Below, piece after piece: positions 17,037 to 25,376 of a stretch of 28,449 nt of DNA (position 1 is the first letter of the stretch; each line of letters opens with the position of its first letter). The DNA comes from Candidatus Thorarchaeota archaeon (GTDB taxonomy: Archaea > Asgardarchaeota > Thorarchaeia > Thorarchaeales > Thorarchaeaceae). Where the stretch lies: assembly GCA_048882485.1 (NCBI GenBank), contig JBHLRP010000041.1:1-28449 (forward strand), in the 5' to 3' direction. The notes under the pieces are model-generated. The model was not told the origin of the DNA. It did no database searches and was given only the letters and a program-made list of their open reading frames with translations. Made by a program: the position numbers and the translations under genes.

Positions 17037-19007
17037 TCAATCTCCAAGCGAATGTTCGACTCTTGTGAAACTGAACCCCTCACTCAACATACCAAGCCTT
17101 ACACCTGCAACTAGCCATGAGATTATACAGAGTATTTCTAGTCCAACAACTAATGTTACAAGGAGCCTGATGATGAAAGCGATCTCGAGAGCAGATGGGA
17201 ATCCAGAAAACATCGCTAGTACCACAATAGCTACAATTGCACCGAATGCCAGTCCTATCACAGTCGACACCCTGATGTATTGACCTTCAAAGGTGTGTCC
17301 CGTGTCTTCCACCTCAGCCGCGAGGTTCATATTAAGGGAAAGCACCAACACGAAACTGACTCCATAAAGGGCAAGCAAGACTGCTGCAGCAGTACTCGCC
17401 ACATGAGCAATACCCTCGTTGAACGCAATCAACGGAATCACAAGTGCGAAGAGTACACTTACGCCCATCAACATTTGCCCACCTGTATAACCCCTTCCAT
17501 GTGAATAGCCCGCAAGTGACACATTGCGCATAAGAAGTGCAAGAGCTGGGAGCACCACAACTAATGGAGATTGGATTGCTTCAGGGATTCCCGGAAAGAG
17601 TCGAATATTGAACCATTGATTAGTTGGCCAAATCGCAGCGGGGCCCGCACCGAAAGCTCCAAGCATGAACATCGTAAACAGTATGGATGCTACGATACTC
17701 AGTATAACAGACAGTGCTCCTTGTGAGAAGCTCGTGAATCCCCGTATAATTGTTTCAATCATGATTAGGCCTTGTGTGATGATAATCGCAATCCATCCGA
17801 TTATAATAAAATCTGAAAGTATGAATGGATGAACCATTAAGAGGATAGATGTGATTGCAAGTGGGATTCCTGTGATAACATCGGTTGTGGCAGCATAGAG
17901 TGCTCCCATAAGGAACATGACTGCCGCGGGTGCTACTGATAGCCAGAGTCCAAAGCCTTCTGCACCGGCTACCATTACTCCAGCACCAGCCGCTGCCACG
18001 ACACCAAGAGCTGCAAGTATCATCATAAACCACTTGACTGCACCCTTGACAATGTCTTCTCCAATGTGTGCCATTTGTAGCTCTTTTGCTCCTAGACGTG
18101 GTGCTAGCATGACCCAGTAAATCATTGCTGAGCAAAGCGCAAATACAAGCGCAGGATTTGTGACAAACATATAGTTCTGTGAAGGATCAAGGGTACTCCA
18201 TGGCCTCCAGATATTCACAGTCCCAATGCTGGTCAAAGGCCCCATGAACACGGCGGCGGTTCCTATTAGGAATGTCAATAAGCCGCTCATACTAAAGGCG
18301 AGTTTGGCTTTGCTTGGAGACCTCGCAAATTCTCGTATGCTGCCCAAAGGCGACCACCAATATAGGAACGTACCAAGTTGACCGATTAGTAGGATGGCGT
18401 AGGCTACATAGACCATTCCTCCGCCCATTACCTGACCCAATGCAAGCAGAGGAATAAAGAAGGCATTCATTAATCCGGCAAGAAAGCCAAACCATGTCTT
18501 GCTAGTATCCGTATACATGACTGAGATAAGCTGCCACAATACTGCAAATATCGCAAATATAGGGGCGAATCCGTTCATGAACTCGATTTGTCGTGACTCA
18601 TATGATCCCGCTTCAAGGGCACCTGTACGTAGACCGAGAATAATCAATAATCCAGCAAGTGCACAGATATAGAGTAGGTATGGATAATTGGATGCAAGCT
18701 TCAGTCTAAGTCTGCGAGAGCCAAATGCCTGCAGCAACAAGCTAGCTACAAGTAATCCTACAAATATAGTCGAGCCAAGCTGATAGGCGTCAGTTTGGAA
18801 CGCTTGAATGGGAATCGTGGGAATTGGCAACAGAGAATATCCTGCTGTCATAAACATGCCAGTTACTGCGGCTATTATACCCAACAATGCACCAAATCCA
18901 CTGATACGACCTACTGGCTCAATGGCTTCTCCCTCAGGCGTTTTCTGAGTGATTATCGTCTGAATCGATCTCGTATCCTCACTAGTTCCCATCATCCAAT
19001 TCCTCAT
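17037..19007 (-). CDS. Large polytopic membrane protein of unknown function
   Basis: 656 aa, almost continuously hydrophobic (roughly 17-19 candidate TMs by eye); no family motif recognised. Confidence 0.82.
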   Translation of the reverse strand: MRNWMMGTSEDTRSIQTIITQKTPEGEAIEPVGRISGFGALLGIIAAVTGMFMTAGYSLLPIPTIPIQAFQTDAYQLGSTIFVGLLVASLLLQAFGSRRLRLKLASNYPYLLYICALAGLLIILGLRTGALEAGSYESRQIEFMNGFAPIFAIFAVLWQLISVMYTDTSKTWFGFLAGLMNAFFIPLLALGQVMGGGMVYVAYAILLIGQLGTFLYWWSPLGSIREFARSPSKAKLAFSMSGLLTFLIGTAAVFMGPLTSIGTVNIWRPWSTLDPSQNYMFVTNPALVFALCSAMIYWVMLAPRLGAKELQMAHIGEDIVKGAVKWFMMILAALGVVAAAGAGVMVAGAEGFGLWLSVAPAAVMFLMGALYAATTDVITGIPLAITSILLMVHPFILSDFIIIGWIAIIITQGLIMIETIIRGFTSFSQGALSVILSIVASILFTMFMLGAFGAGPAAIWPTNQWFNIRLFPGIPEAIQSPLVVVLPALALLMRNVSLAGYSHGRGYTGGQMLMGVSVLFALVIPLIAFNEGIAHVASTAAAVLLALYGVSFVLVLSLNMNLAAEVEDTGHTFEGQYIRVSTVIGLAFGAIVAIVVLAMFSGFPSALEIAFIIRLLVTLVVGLEILCIISWLVAGVRLGMLSEGFSFTRVEHSLGD

Positions 19008-19114
19008 TCGACTATGGTTGCCTGTTGGCTTCGGCTACACTTGCGTGAGCTACAAAAGTCTATCGGAGCCAGCGAACAGCAGTTGGCATTTTGAATGCAT
19101 GGAGCTTCATTTCA

Positions 19115-19146
19115 TGCTTAGCAATATCTAAAAGGTGCTTAGCAAT
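19115..19146. promoter_or_regulatory. Tandem palindromic operator candidate (TGCTTAGCAAT x2)
   Basis: Identical 11-mers at 19115-19125 and 19136-19146 (21-bp period), each containing the palindrome TGCT-T-AGCA, flanking an AT-rich TATCTAAAA upstream of the AOR operon. Confidence 0.55.
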
Positions 19147-19169
19147 CATCTGGTCTAGAGGTTGGACTC

Positions 19170-19319
19170 ATGGCTTCAAAGCTGAAACTCGTTGTTGGCG
19201 GAGAAGAGGTGCACATGAATGAATTCGTTGCGAATGTCCTTCGCGACGTTGTCCTTGCACTCCTCAATAATCTGCGAAACATCGAATTGGATGAAATCTC
19301 AAAAATCGAGATATCGTAA
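19170..19319 (+). CDS. Small protein resembling the C-terminal extension of archaeal MobB (49 aa)
   Basis: Manual translation MASKLKLVVGGEEVHMNEFVANVLRDVVLALLNNLRNIELDEISKIEIS; GAGGT RBS upstream; lies 40 bp before the AOR gene. The L.V.G..v.mN.FV pattern is recalled from MobB C-termini. Confidence 0.7.
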   Translation: MASKLKLVVGGEEVHMNEFVANVLRDVVLALLNNLRNIELDEISKIEIS

Positions 19320-19359
19320 TATAGGAGTAACTAATCACCGCTTTGGGAAGTGAACAAGA

Positions 19360-21174
19360 ATGACTCTGTTAGGTTGGAATGGGAAGATTCTATGGATTGA
19401 CTTGACTGCTCAGGAAACAAGAGAGGAAAGCCTTGATCCTGAGATATATGAGAAGTTTATAGGAGGTAAGGGACTTGGCGCATACTTGCTCTATCGTGAG
19501 CTTGAACCTGGTACAGACCCCTTGGGTTCTGATAATCTACTTCTGTTCATGACCGGTCCTCTTCAGGGGCTTCCTGCTCCTAATGTTGGGAGATGGACTC
19601 TAGTTACAAAATCACCCCTGACCGGCCTCTATCTAGATACACATTGTGGAGATGCGCTTGGAAGAGAGATAAAGACTTCCGGATATGATGTAGTTGGAAT
19701 AAGGGGAAAAGCGGAGAACCCAACAACTGTTGTCATTGAAGACGAGAATATCAAGTTTGAAGATGCATCATATATCTGGGGAAAGGGCGTCCATGAATCA
19801 ACAAGAGTCTTGAAGAATTCTCAGCAAAAGGATGCTATTGTCTATGTGATTGGCCCTGCTGGCGAGAATATGAGTCTAATCTCCATGGGATGTTGTGAGA
19901 TTGCACATCAGACAGGCCGCGGTGGTGCTGGGGCAGTTATGGGATCAAAGAATCTCAAGGCTGTTGTCGCAAAGGGGACAAAGCGGATAACACCATCAGA
20001 CAGGGACGTGTTGGGAGCAGTTAGACAGGAAGCGCAAAAGCTTTGGGATGAGAAGGGCCCTGAATACGGATTCAAGAAATATGGCACTTCCACGTTGACT
20101 GAAGTTTCGAACAGTAGAGGCCAATTTCCCACCAAGAATTGGCAGAGTGGATATCTTGATGAAAACGAAGACCTGTGGCCAGAGAATTTGACTGAGTGGT
20201 ATGCAGGGAACAATATGTCTTGTCCCCATTGCATAATGCGTTGTACTCATGCATATCAGACCGAAGTGGATGGAGAAATTGTTCTATCAACTCCTGAGTA
20301 TGAAACCTGGGGGATGATGGCTGGAGACCTTGGAATTGCTGACCCACAGACCCTCTTCAAGCTATGTTACCTCGCCGACGATTTAGGACTTGATACCATA
20401 AGTGTTGGATCAGTGATTGCTTTTGCAATGGAAGCTTTTGAGAAGGGTATCCTCACTGAGGATGAGATCGGGTTTCCACTCAGATTTGGCGATGGCGATG
20501 CGGCTATCCGTATACTCCGGATGATTGCTATGAGAGATGGCATCGGGGAGATTCTAGCACTAGGTACAAAGGAAGCTGCTGCAAAGATAGGAAAAGGAAG
20601 TGAAGCGCTAGCAGTACATGTAAAGGGACTTGAAGTTGCTGCTTGGGATCCCCGGGGCAAAAAGGGATTGGGCCTTTCTTATGCAACTGGAGATGTAGGA
20701 GCTAGTCACTTAAGGGGTTGGCCAGCTACAAATGACCCACCAAAAGAATCAGCAATAGATATGGTTGAGTCTATGATAGAAAGCAGGTACATCAAGATTC
20801 TTCGCGACTCTTTGGTAGTATGTCACTTCGTCTGGCATATCCCCCTTGGATTCGAGCCTTTGATTAGACTATTGAACGGAGCTACCGGCTTGGAATATAA
20901 CCGGGACAGCATCAATCTCTTTGGCCAACGTGTCGAAACGCTTACTCGCATGTTCAATCATAGAGAAGGGATTTCCAGAGCTGATGATATTCTACCCCAG
21001 AGATTTTGGGAAGGACAGGTAAGTGGTCCCAATGAAGGACTTCCTGCATATAATACTAAGGCAGACTTCGAGGCTAGTCTTGACAGGTATTACGATCTGA
21101 TGGGTTGGGAAAAAGAAGATGGGCTGCCTACAGCAGCGACATTGGAGAAACTGGGACTTAGTGAAATAGTCTAA
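19360..21174 (+). CDS. aor: Tungsten-dependent aldehyde:ferredoxin oxidoreductase family protein
   Basis: GWNGKILWIDL, KSPLTG, GRGGAGAVMGSKNLKA, CPHCIMRC, PEYET, DDLGLDTIS, HVKGLE..AWDPRG, DSLVVC (fourth Fe-S Cys), YYDLMGW. Confidence 0.95.
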   Translation: MTLLGWNGKILWIDLTAQETREESLDPEIYEKFIGGKGLGAYLLYRELEPGTDPLGSDNLLLFMTGPLQGLPAPNVGRWTLVTKSPLTGLYLDTHCGDALGREIKTSGYDVVGIRGKAENPTTVVIEDENIKFEDASYIWGKGVHESTRVLKNSQQKDAIVYVIGPAGENMSLISMGCCEIAHQTGRGGAGAVMGSKNLKAVVAKGTKRITPSDRDVLGAVRQEAQKLWDEKGPEYGFKKYGTSTLTEVSNSRGQFPTKNWQSGYLDENEDLWPENLTEWYAGNNMSCPHCIMRCTHAYQTEVDGEIVLSTPEYETWGMMAGDLGIADPQTLFKLCYLADDLGLDTISVGSVIAFAMEAFEKGILTEDEIGFPLRFGDGDAAIRILRMIAMRDGIGEILALGTKEAAAKIGKGSEALAVHVKGLEVAAWDPRGKKGLGLSYATGDVGASHLRGWPATNDPPKESAIDMVESMIESRYIKILRDSLVVCHFVWHIPLGFEPLIRLLNGATGLEYNRDSINLFGQRVETLTRMFNHREGISRADDILPQRFWEGQVSGPNEGLPAYNTKADFEASLDRYYDLMGWEKEDGLPTAATLEKLGLSEIV

Positions 21175-21617
21175 AATATGCGTTCTCTGAAATACCGGCG
21201 TAAATTGACCTCTTTCCGTATCTCATTGAATTCGCTCTCCAAAAAGAGTGAGATTACATCTGCTCTTTCCTCACGGACCATAGCATCAAGAGCTCTCAAG
21301 CCCTTTTCTTGAGCAATTTCAATAGTCATATTGAGCATCCTTTGCCCCAAGTCAGTGCGCTCAAGGGCATCCTCGATTTCGAAATGGAATATGTGACCGA
21401 TATCCCCCAGTTCAGGGTCTCTAATGACATCAAGCTTCAAAGCAGCTACAACCATGTCTACTGTAACTGCAATGATGTACATGGTTTCTCTGACTGAACC
21501 GCTCGAAGATATGGAGGGACGATGGGATAATTCCTGGAAGTCAAGACCTTCTCGCTTATAGAATTCCTCTAACGAGGGTTTGTCTTGAGCAGACGCCAGT
21601 CTGACTTGTATATCCAT
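21171..21617 (-). CDS. GNAT family N-acetyltransferase
   Basis: VRLASAQD N-terminus, FEIEDALERTDLGQRML (degenerate motif A), ISLFLESEF; 4-bp overlap with the aor stop. Confidence 0.75.
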   Translation of the reverse strand: MDIQVRLASAQDKPSLEEFYKREGLDFQELSHRPSISSSGSVRETMYIIAVTVDMVVAALKLDVIRDPELGDIGHIFHFEIEDALERTDLGQRMLNMTIEIAQEKGLRALDAMVREERADVISLFLESEFNEIRKEVNLRRYFRERIF

Positions 21618-21741
21618 ATTTTCGTTCTCCGTGAATCTCGAAATCCCAAATCACCTGATAGAAATGTTGTGGTCACGCAATATTGCATTGTTTGTGCACA
21701 TCTTCATATGAATAAATGTCATAGTAGTGCATGAATTCATC

Positions 21742-21873
21742 ATGGAAAGCGTTAATCCATCAATAGACTCGCGAAGCACCTCTGATAGTCTTCTCCTCCT
21801 TATCCTTGCAATTTGCTTCATAATCCTTCTACTGACTGTGGCGATTATCTACTTGCCCCTTTGGTTCAGATAG
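21742..21873 (+). CDS. Putative 43-aa single-TM small membrane protein
   Basis: Manual translation MESVNPSIDSRSTSDSLLLLILAICFIILLLTVAIIYLPLWFR; ends 10 bp before the convergent MinD stop. Confidence 0.55.
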   Translation: MESVNPSIDSRSTSDSLLLLILAICFIILLLTVAIIYLPLWFR

Positions 21874-21883
21874 AGTATCCCAT

Positions 21884-22645
21884 CTACTCGATGGCCTTGT
21901 AGATTTCTTCTATACACTTCGTGAATTCGCTATCTGGATGCCGCATTGTCACGACATAGCGGCTCCCAGCATCAATTAGGAGAGGCAGCATCGGAATGAT
22001 AGTAACCACCGACGACTTGAACTTCTTCTCGACCTCACTTGTGATTACCTTATCTTCGTAGATGTTTGGCCTCTTATTGATGACTATTCTAATCTCTGGA
22101 ACTTGCAGCCTGCGGGCGACATCCAGTGTGGCTGCTGTACCCAACAAGTCTTGCTCGTCAATCCTCGCCACTACAAAGAGGTAATCGGCAGTAACCATTG
22201 AAAGCAGAGTTTCTCTATCAAGTCCGGGATGAGTATCAATGATTAGCAAGTCCAAGCCCTTTGCACGGATGACCTCTGTGAATCCATTTCTGAGATCGCT
22301 GACTTCATAGCCCTCGCGGAGTATTCGTGTGATATCATCGGCAATCATCGAGCTGGGAATAAGGAATAGCTTGCCTGATTTTATGCTTGAATACTCCTTG
22401 CGTCTAGTTAGGTCCATGCATGCATCAGCAATGTCGCACTCTCCTCTTAGGTAGTCGTTGAGTGTGCGCTTGAGCTTCTCACGACCAAGCCCGAAAATGA
22501 CATGGATTCCCGGTGAAGCAATGTCTGTGTCCATTACGGCTACTCGCTTTCCATCAAGAGCTGCAACTGCAGCTAGGTTCGCAGCAATGTTAGATTTACC
22601 AGTGCCCCCTCTGAAACTGTGGATACTGACGATTTTTGGACTCAT
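21884..22645 (-). CDS. MinD/ParA-family (SIMIBI) ATPase
   Basis: KIVSIHSFRGGTGKSN (deviant Walker A with R at the signature-Lys position), MDTDIASPGIH, LIIDTHPG, VINK. ATG 22645 preferred over the ORF-track start at 22672. Confidence 0.9.
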   Translation of the reverse strand: MSPKIVSIHSFRGGTGKSNIAANLAAVAALDGKRVAVMDTDIASPGIHVIFGLGREKLKRTLNDYLRGECDIADACMDLTRRKEYSSIKSGKLFLIPSSMIADDITRILREGYEVSDLRNGFTEVIRAKGLDLLIIDTHPGLDRETLLSMVTADYLFVVARIDEQDLLGTAATLDVARRLQVPEIRIVINKRPNIYEDKVITSEVEKKFKSSVVTIIPMLPLLIDAGSRYVVTMRHPDSEFTKCIEEIYKAIE

Positions 22646-22727
22646 TATCAACCACTTGACTAAGATTTTCAATCACTATTGCAGGACCAGAGTGCATCCA
22701 GCGCCTTATAATATCTCTTGGGAAATC

Positions 22728-23633
22728 CTAGTTTCTCTGGTTGGGAAAATCCGTGACTTTGAGTTTCTTCCACTCGACTTCATCTCCCAGCTTACTCAGG
22801 ACTTCAAAGAGCCGCTCCGATGTAACGCCAAGTTTACTGCTAATTTCAGCCAAGGCCTTTGTACCATTACAAAGAGGCATCGCTCGTTTAAGCAATTGAT
22901 AATCCTTTTGTGGAAGACCAACGAGATCTAGAAATGCATCAAATCTGGCATCTTCCGCCTTTACCTCTGGTGCGATTTTGGAAATCTGCATTACTCCCCA
23001 GATTGATAGATATTCAATTACTTCTTGGACTTGTTGTTCTTCAATCCCAAGAGATTGGCTGATATCATAAATTGAATCATTTCCGTTCACTGCTTCTAGG
23101 ATACGATTCCCGGTGCCTCCAAAATCCCTATGGAACTGATCAAGAAGACCCTGTGAGTCAGCTGCTAGCTGATATGCTTCCTTATTGAGAGCGGGCACAA
23201 CAAAAGAACTCAAACTTGAAGTTATCATGAGGACGCCGTCGTAGTAGCTCAATGCCCGTTCAACATCGTCTTTGAAATCCTTGAAGGCACCCTCAATCGC
23301 GAGATCGAAATCCACGTCGGGCGAATATTTGTTGATGAATTTCCGACTCAGGTCTTTGAGAACTGCTCTTAGAATCTTCTTAGGTGCGTTTGTGTCAGTA
23401 AGAAAGATACAGAGAATATCTGCTTCTGCCTGCTCGTAAAGGAGTTCCGAGCCTTCAAATGATAGGCTCTGGACCGACTTCTCACCAAACTCAGAAGCAA
23501 AGGAAGTGATTGCAGTCAGGAATCCTGAGAGCAATTCATCCAATTTTCTAGATTCATCTGGGGAGTAGTGAAATATGGGGACCCCTCCAGCCGTCAGTAC
23601 CATGAACTCATAAAGCCCGAGTCTTCCTGACAA
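22728..23633 (-). CDS. Longin-domain protein with two C-terminal winged-helix repeats (NPRL2-like architecture)
   Basis: Longin: FMVLTAGGVPIFHY..LLSGFLTAITSFASEF..LKDLSRKFINKY. wH1: ILEAVNGNDSIYDISQSLGIEEQQVQEVIEYLSIWGVM. wH2: PLCNGTKALAEISSKLGVTSERLFEVL. Confidence 0.8.
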   Translation of the reverse strand: MSGRLGLYEFMVLTAGGVPIFHYSPDESRKLDELLSGFLTAITSFASEFGEKSVQSLSFEGSELLYEQAEADILCIFLTDTNAPKKILRAVLKDLSRKFINKYSPDVDFDLAIEGAFKDFKDDVERALSYYDGVLMITSSLSSFVVPALNKEAYQLAADSQGLLDQFHRDFGGTGNRILEAVNGNDSIYDISQSLGIEEQQVQEVIEYLSIWGVMQISKIAPEVKAEDARFDAFLDLVGLPQKDYQLLKRAMPLCNGTKALAEISSKLGVTSERLFEVLSKLGDEVEWKKLKVTDFPNQRN

Positions 23634-23697
23634 TAGGTTTAGCTCTCCTTAGTTATTAGGGCTCTATGCTAGATTCTCTTTAAGATATCGCCTGTAA

Positions 23698-25374
23698 TTG
23701 ATTGTGCCAATTGTACGCGAAAGGTCCATATTCTTATCTTCTCCGGGCCATTCACAGTTGGTGGAAAACACGCTGGAATACAGAAATTTCCCAGGCAAGA
23801 CTGCGGTCTACTATCTTCTTTATTCTCCATTCATAGCCTACTGCATTTACATTATCAGCAGATTATTAGCTGGGGATTACTTCACGGACCCCGGAATCGA
23901 CCACTTACTACTTCTTGGTATGGGTATGGGAATGGCAGCGTTACTCATCATTCCTATAGGTCTGATTATTGATAGGACCCGCAGGGGGAAATTGTTGCTT
24001 GGCATTTCAGCTTTGGTTCCAACTATGATGAGTTTCTGGTTCATAACTCTTGGGTATCCAATAGAGCACTCTCCTACACTGGAAACAGCCTTTATTCTAG
24101 CATTATTCAGCGGACTGGTAAGTGTATTAGTCAGCTGGGGAGTTTCGCTCAACCAGACTGTTGTCGTTAAATTCAGAGGACGAATTGTAGCATCCTTTCT
24201 ATCAGCAAGTATTCTGATTTCAATGATGTTTATGCTCTTCGGAGCCGCAATGACATCAGCAAGTCTTCCACTAATGGAATTCTTGGTCATTGGAAGCGTA
24301 TTTGCTAGTCTCGCACTTAAACCGTGGAATTGGTCAATTCACCCTCTAGCCGTTCAAGCCAATGCGTTAAGATATTTCGTGCCCATGTTCTTCCTGCTTG
24401 CTTCTCACATAACTTGGTACTTCTCCACAGAAATGGCGATCAGAAGTCTGTACGATCTCGTTGGCGAAGCTTTCATCCCTCTTGTTGAAGATGCCGCTAT
24501 TGAATTGGGGGGTATATCCTCCTTTGGTGTCCTTCAGCTATTCTTTATTGTTGCTGGCATAATCATCGCTGGGATGATTGCTGACCTCCGAGGTAGAAAG
24601 ACTGCATTCAGCACAGCTGTTCTTGCATTTGGATTATTAGCGATTTTTGGCCAAACGTTCTATTACGTTGCATCCCCAGGAACACCAAGCGCCTCAGTCG
24701 AAGTATTAGCCCTTCCGCTACTTGGATGGGAGCGCTTCGTAGAGGGCTACATCCTAGGGCTCTGTCTCCTGCCAATCTGGTCTGAACTTGGCTCACCTAA
24801 CCGGAAGGGCCTTCGGCTTTCGCTTGTGATTTGGTTCTACATTGGCTATATGGCTCTCTTTTGGGCTGCTGATCTAGGAGTGCCATTCGGCAATCCCCCT
24901 GACTGGGTCGGAGATATCGGAGGCCCCTTTGCAATCTTCTTCTCATTGCTAGCTCTATGGCAGAATGCACATCTTCCTGAGATTCTTGGTCGAGAGATAG
25001 AGATGGAGGATTTTGCACTTGACTTTGATCAGAAAATGGTCGACAAGACAGTGTCTGCCTACCTTGAGGACGAGGACTTTGAATCAATCAAAACACAGAT
25101 GGCTGTAATCGATGCCTCACAGGAGATGAGCGACAAGGAATTCGATGAGTTCCTTGGTGAAGATTTGAAGAAAATGCTGCCCCTCAAGAGAGTCAAAGGC
25201 ATAGGATCTGCATTAGAACAGAAGCTCAGAAAGGCGGGCTATGATTCAGCAGCTCAACTAGCTGGTGAAACGCCAAGTAGGCTGGCTTTAAAAATAAAAG
25301 GAATGAGCGAGAAGCAGGCTGAACGTATTCTGCTTAACGCTCGCGAAGCAGTGAATAGAATCACGAAGAGATAG
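23698..25374 (+). CDS. MFS-fold membrane protein fused to a C-terminal helix-hairpin-helix (RadA/Rad51 N-terminal-like) domain
   Basis: About 12 TMs; motif-A-like GLIIDRTRRGK and GMIADLRGRK; acidic linker; LPLKRVKGIGSALEQKLRKAGYDSAAQLA..IKGMSEKQAERIL. The start may be GTG 23761. Confidence 0.8.
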   Translation: MIVPIVRERSIFLSSPGHSQLVENTLEYRNFPGKTAVYYLLYSPFIAYCIYIISRLLAGDYFTDPGIDHLLLLGMGMGMAALLIIPIGLIIDRTRRGKLLLGISALVPTMMSFWFITLGYPIEHSPTLETAFILALFSGLVSVLVSWGVSLNQTVVVKFRGRIVASFLSASILISMMFMLFGAAMTSASLPLMEFLVIGSVFASLALKPWNWSIHPLAVQANALRYFVPMFFLLASHITWYFSTEMAIRSLYDLVGEAFIPLVEDAAIELGGISSFGVLQLFFIVAGIIIAGMIADLRGRKTAFSTAVLAFGLLAIFGQTFYYVASPGTPSASVEVLALPLLGWERFVEGYILGLCLLPIWSELGSPNRKGLRLSLVIWFYIGYMALFWAADLGVPFGNPPDWVGDIGGPFAIFFSLLALWQNAHLPEILGREIEMEDFALDFDQKMVDKTVSAYLEDEDFESIKTQMAVIDASQEMSDKEFDEFLGEDLKKMLPLKRVKGIGSALEQKLRKAGYDSAAQLAGETPSRLALKIKGMSEKQAERILLNAREAVNRITKR

Positions 25375-25376
25375 AC

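Noticed and set aside
19008-19169. Moco/Tuco riboswitch upstream of aor
   Set aside because: No match to the remembered consensus; the structure lies upstream of the likely plus-strand promoter and its GNRA loop is on the minus strand.
25177-25350. radA gene or pseudogene fragment
   Set aside because: Only the N-terminal HhH-like module is present, in frame with the membrane protein; no RecA ATPase core follows.
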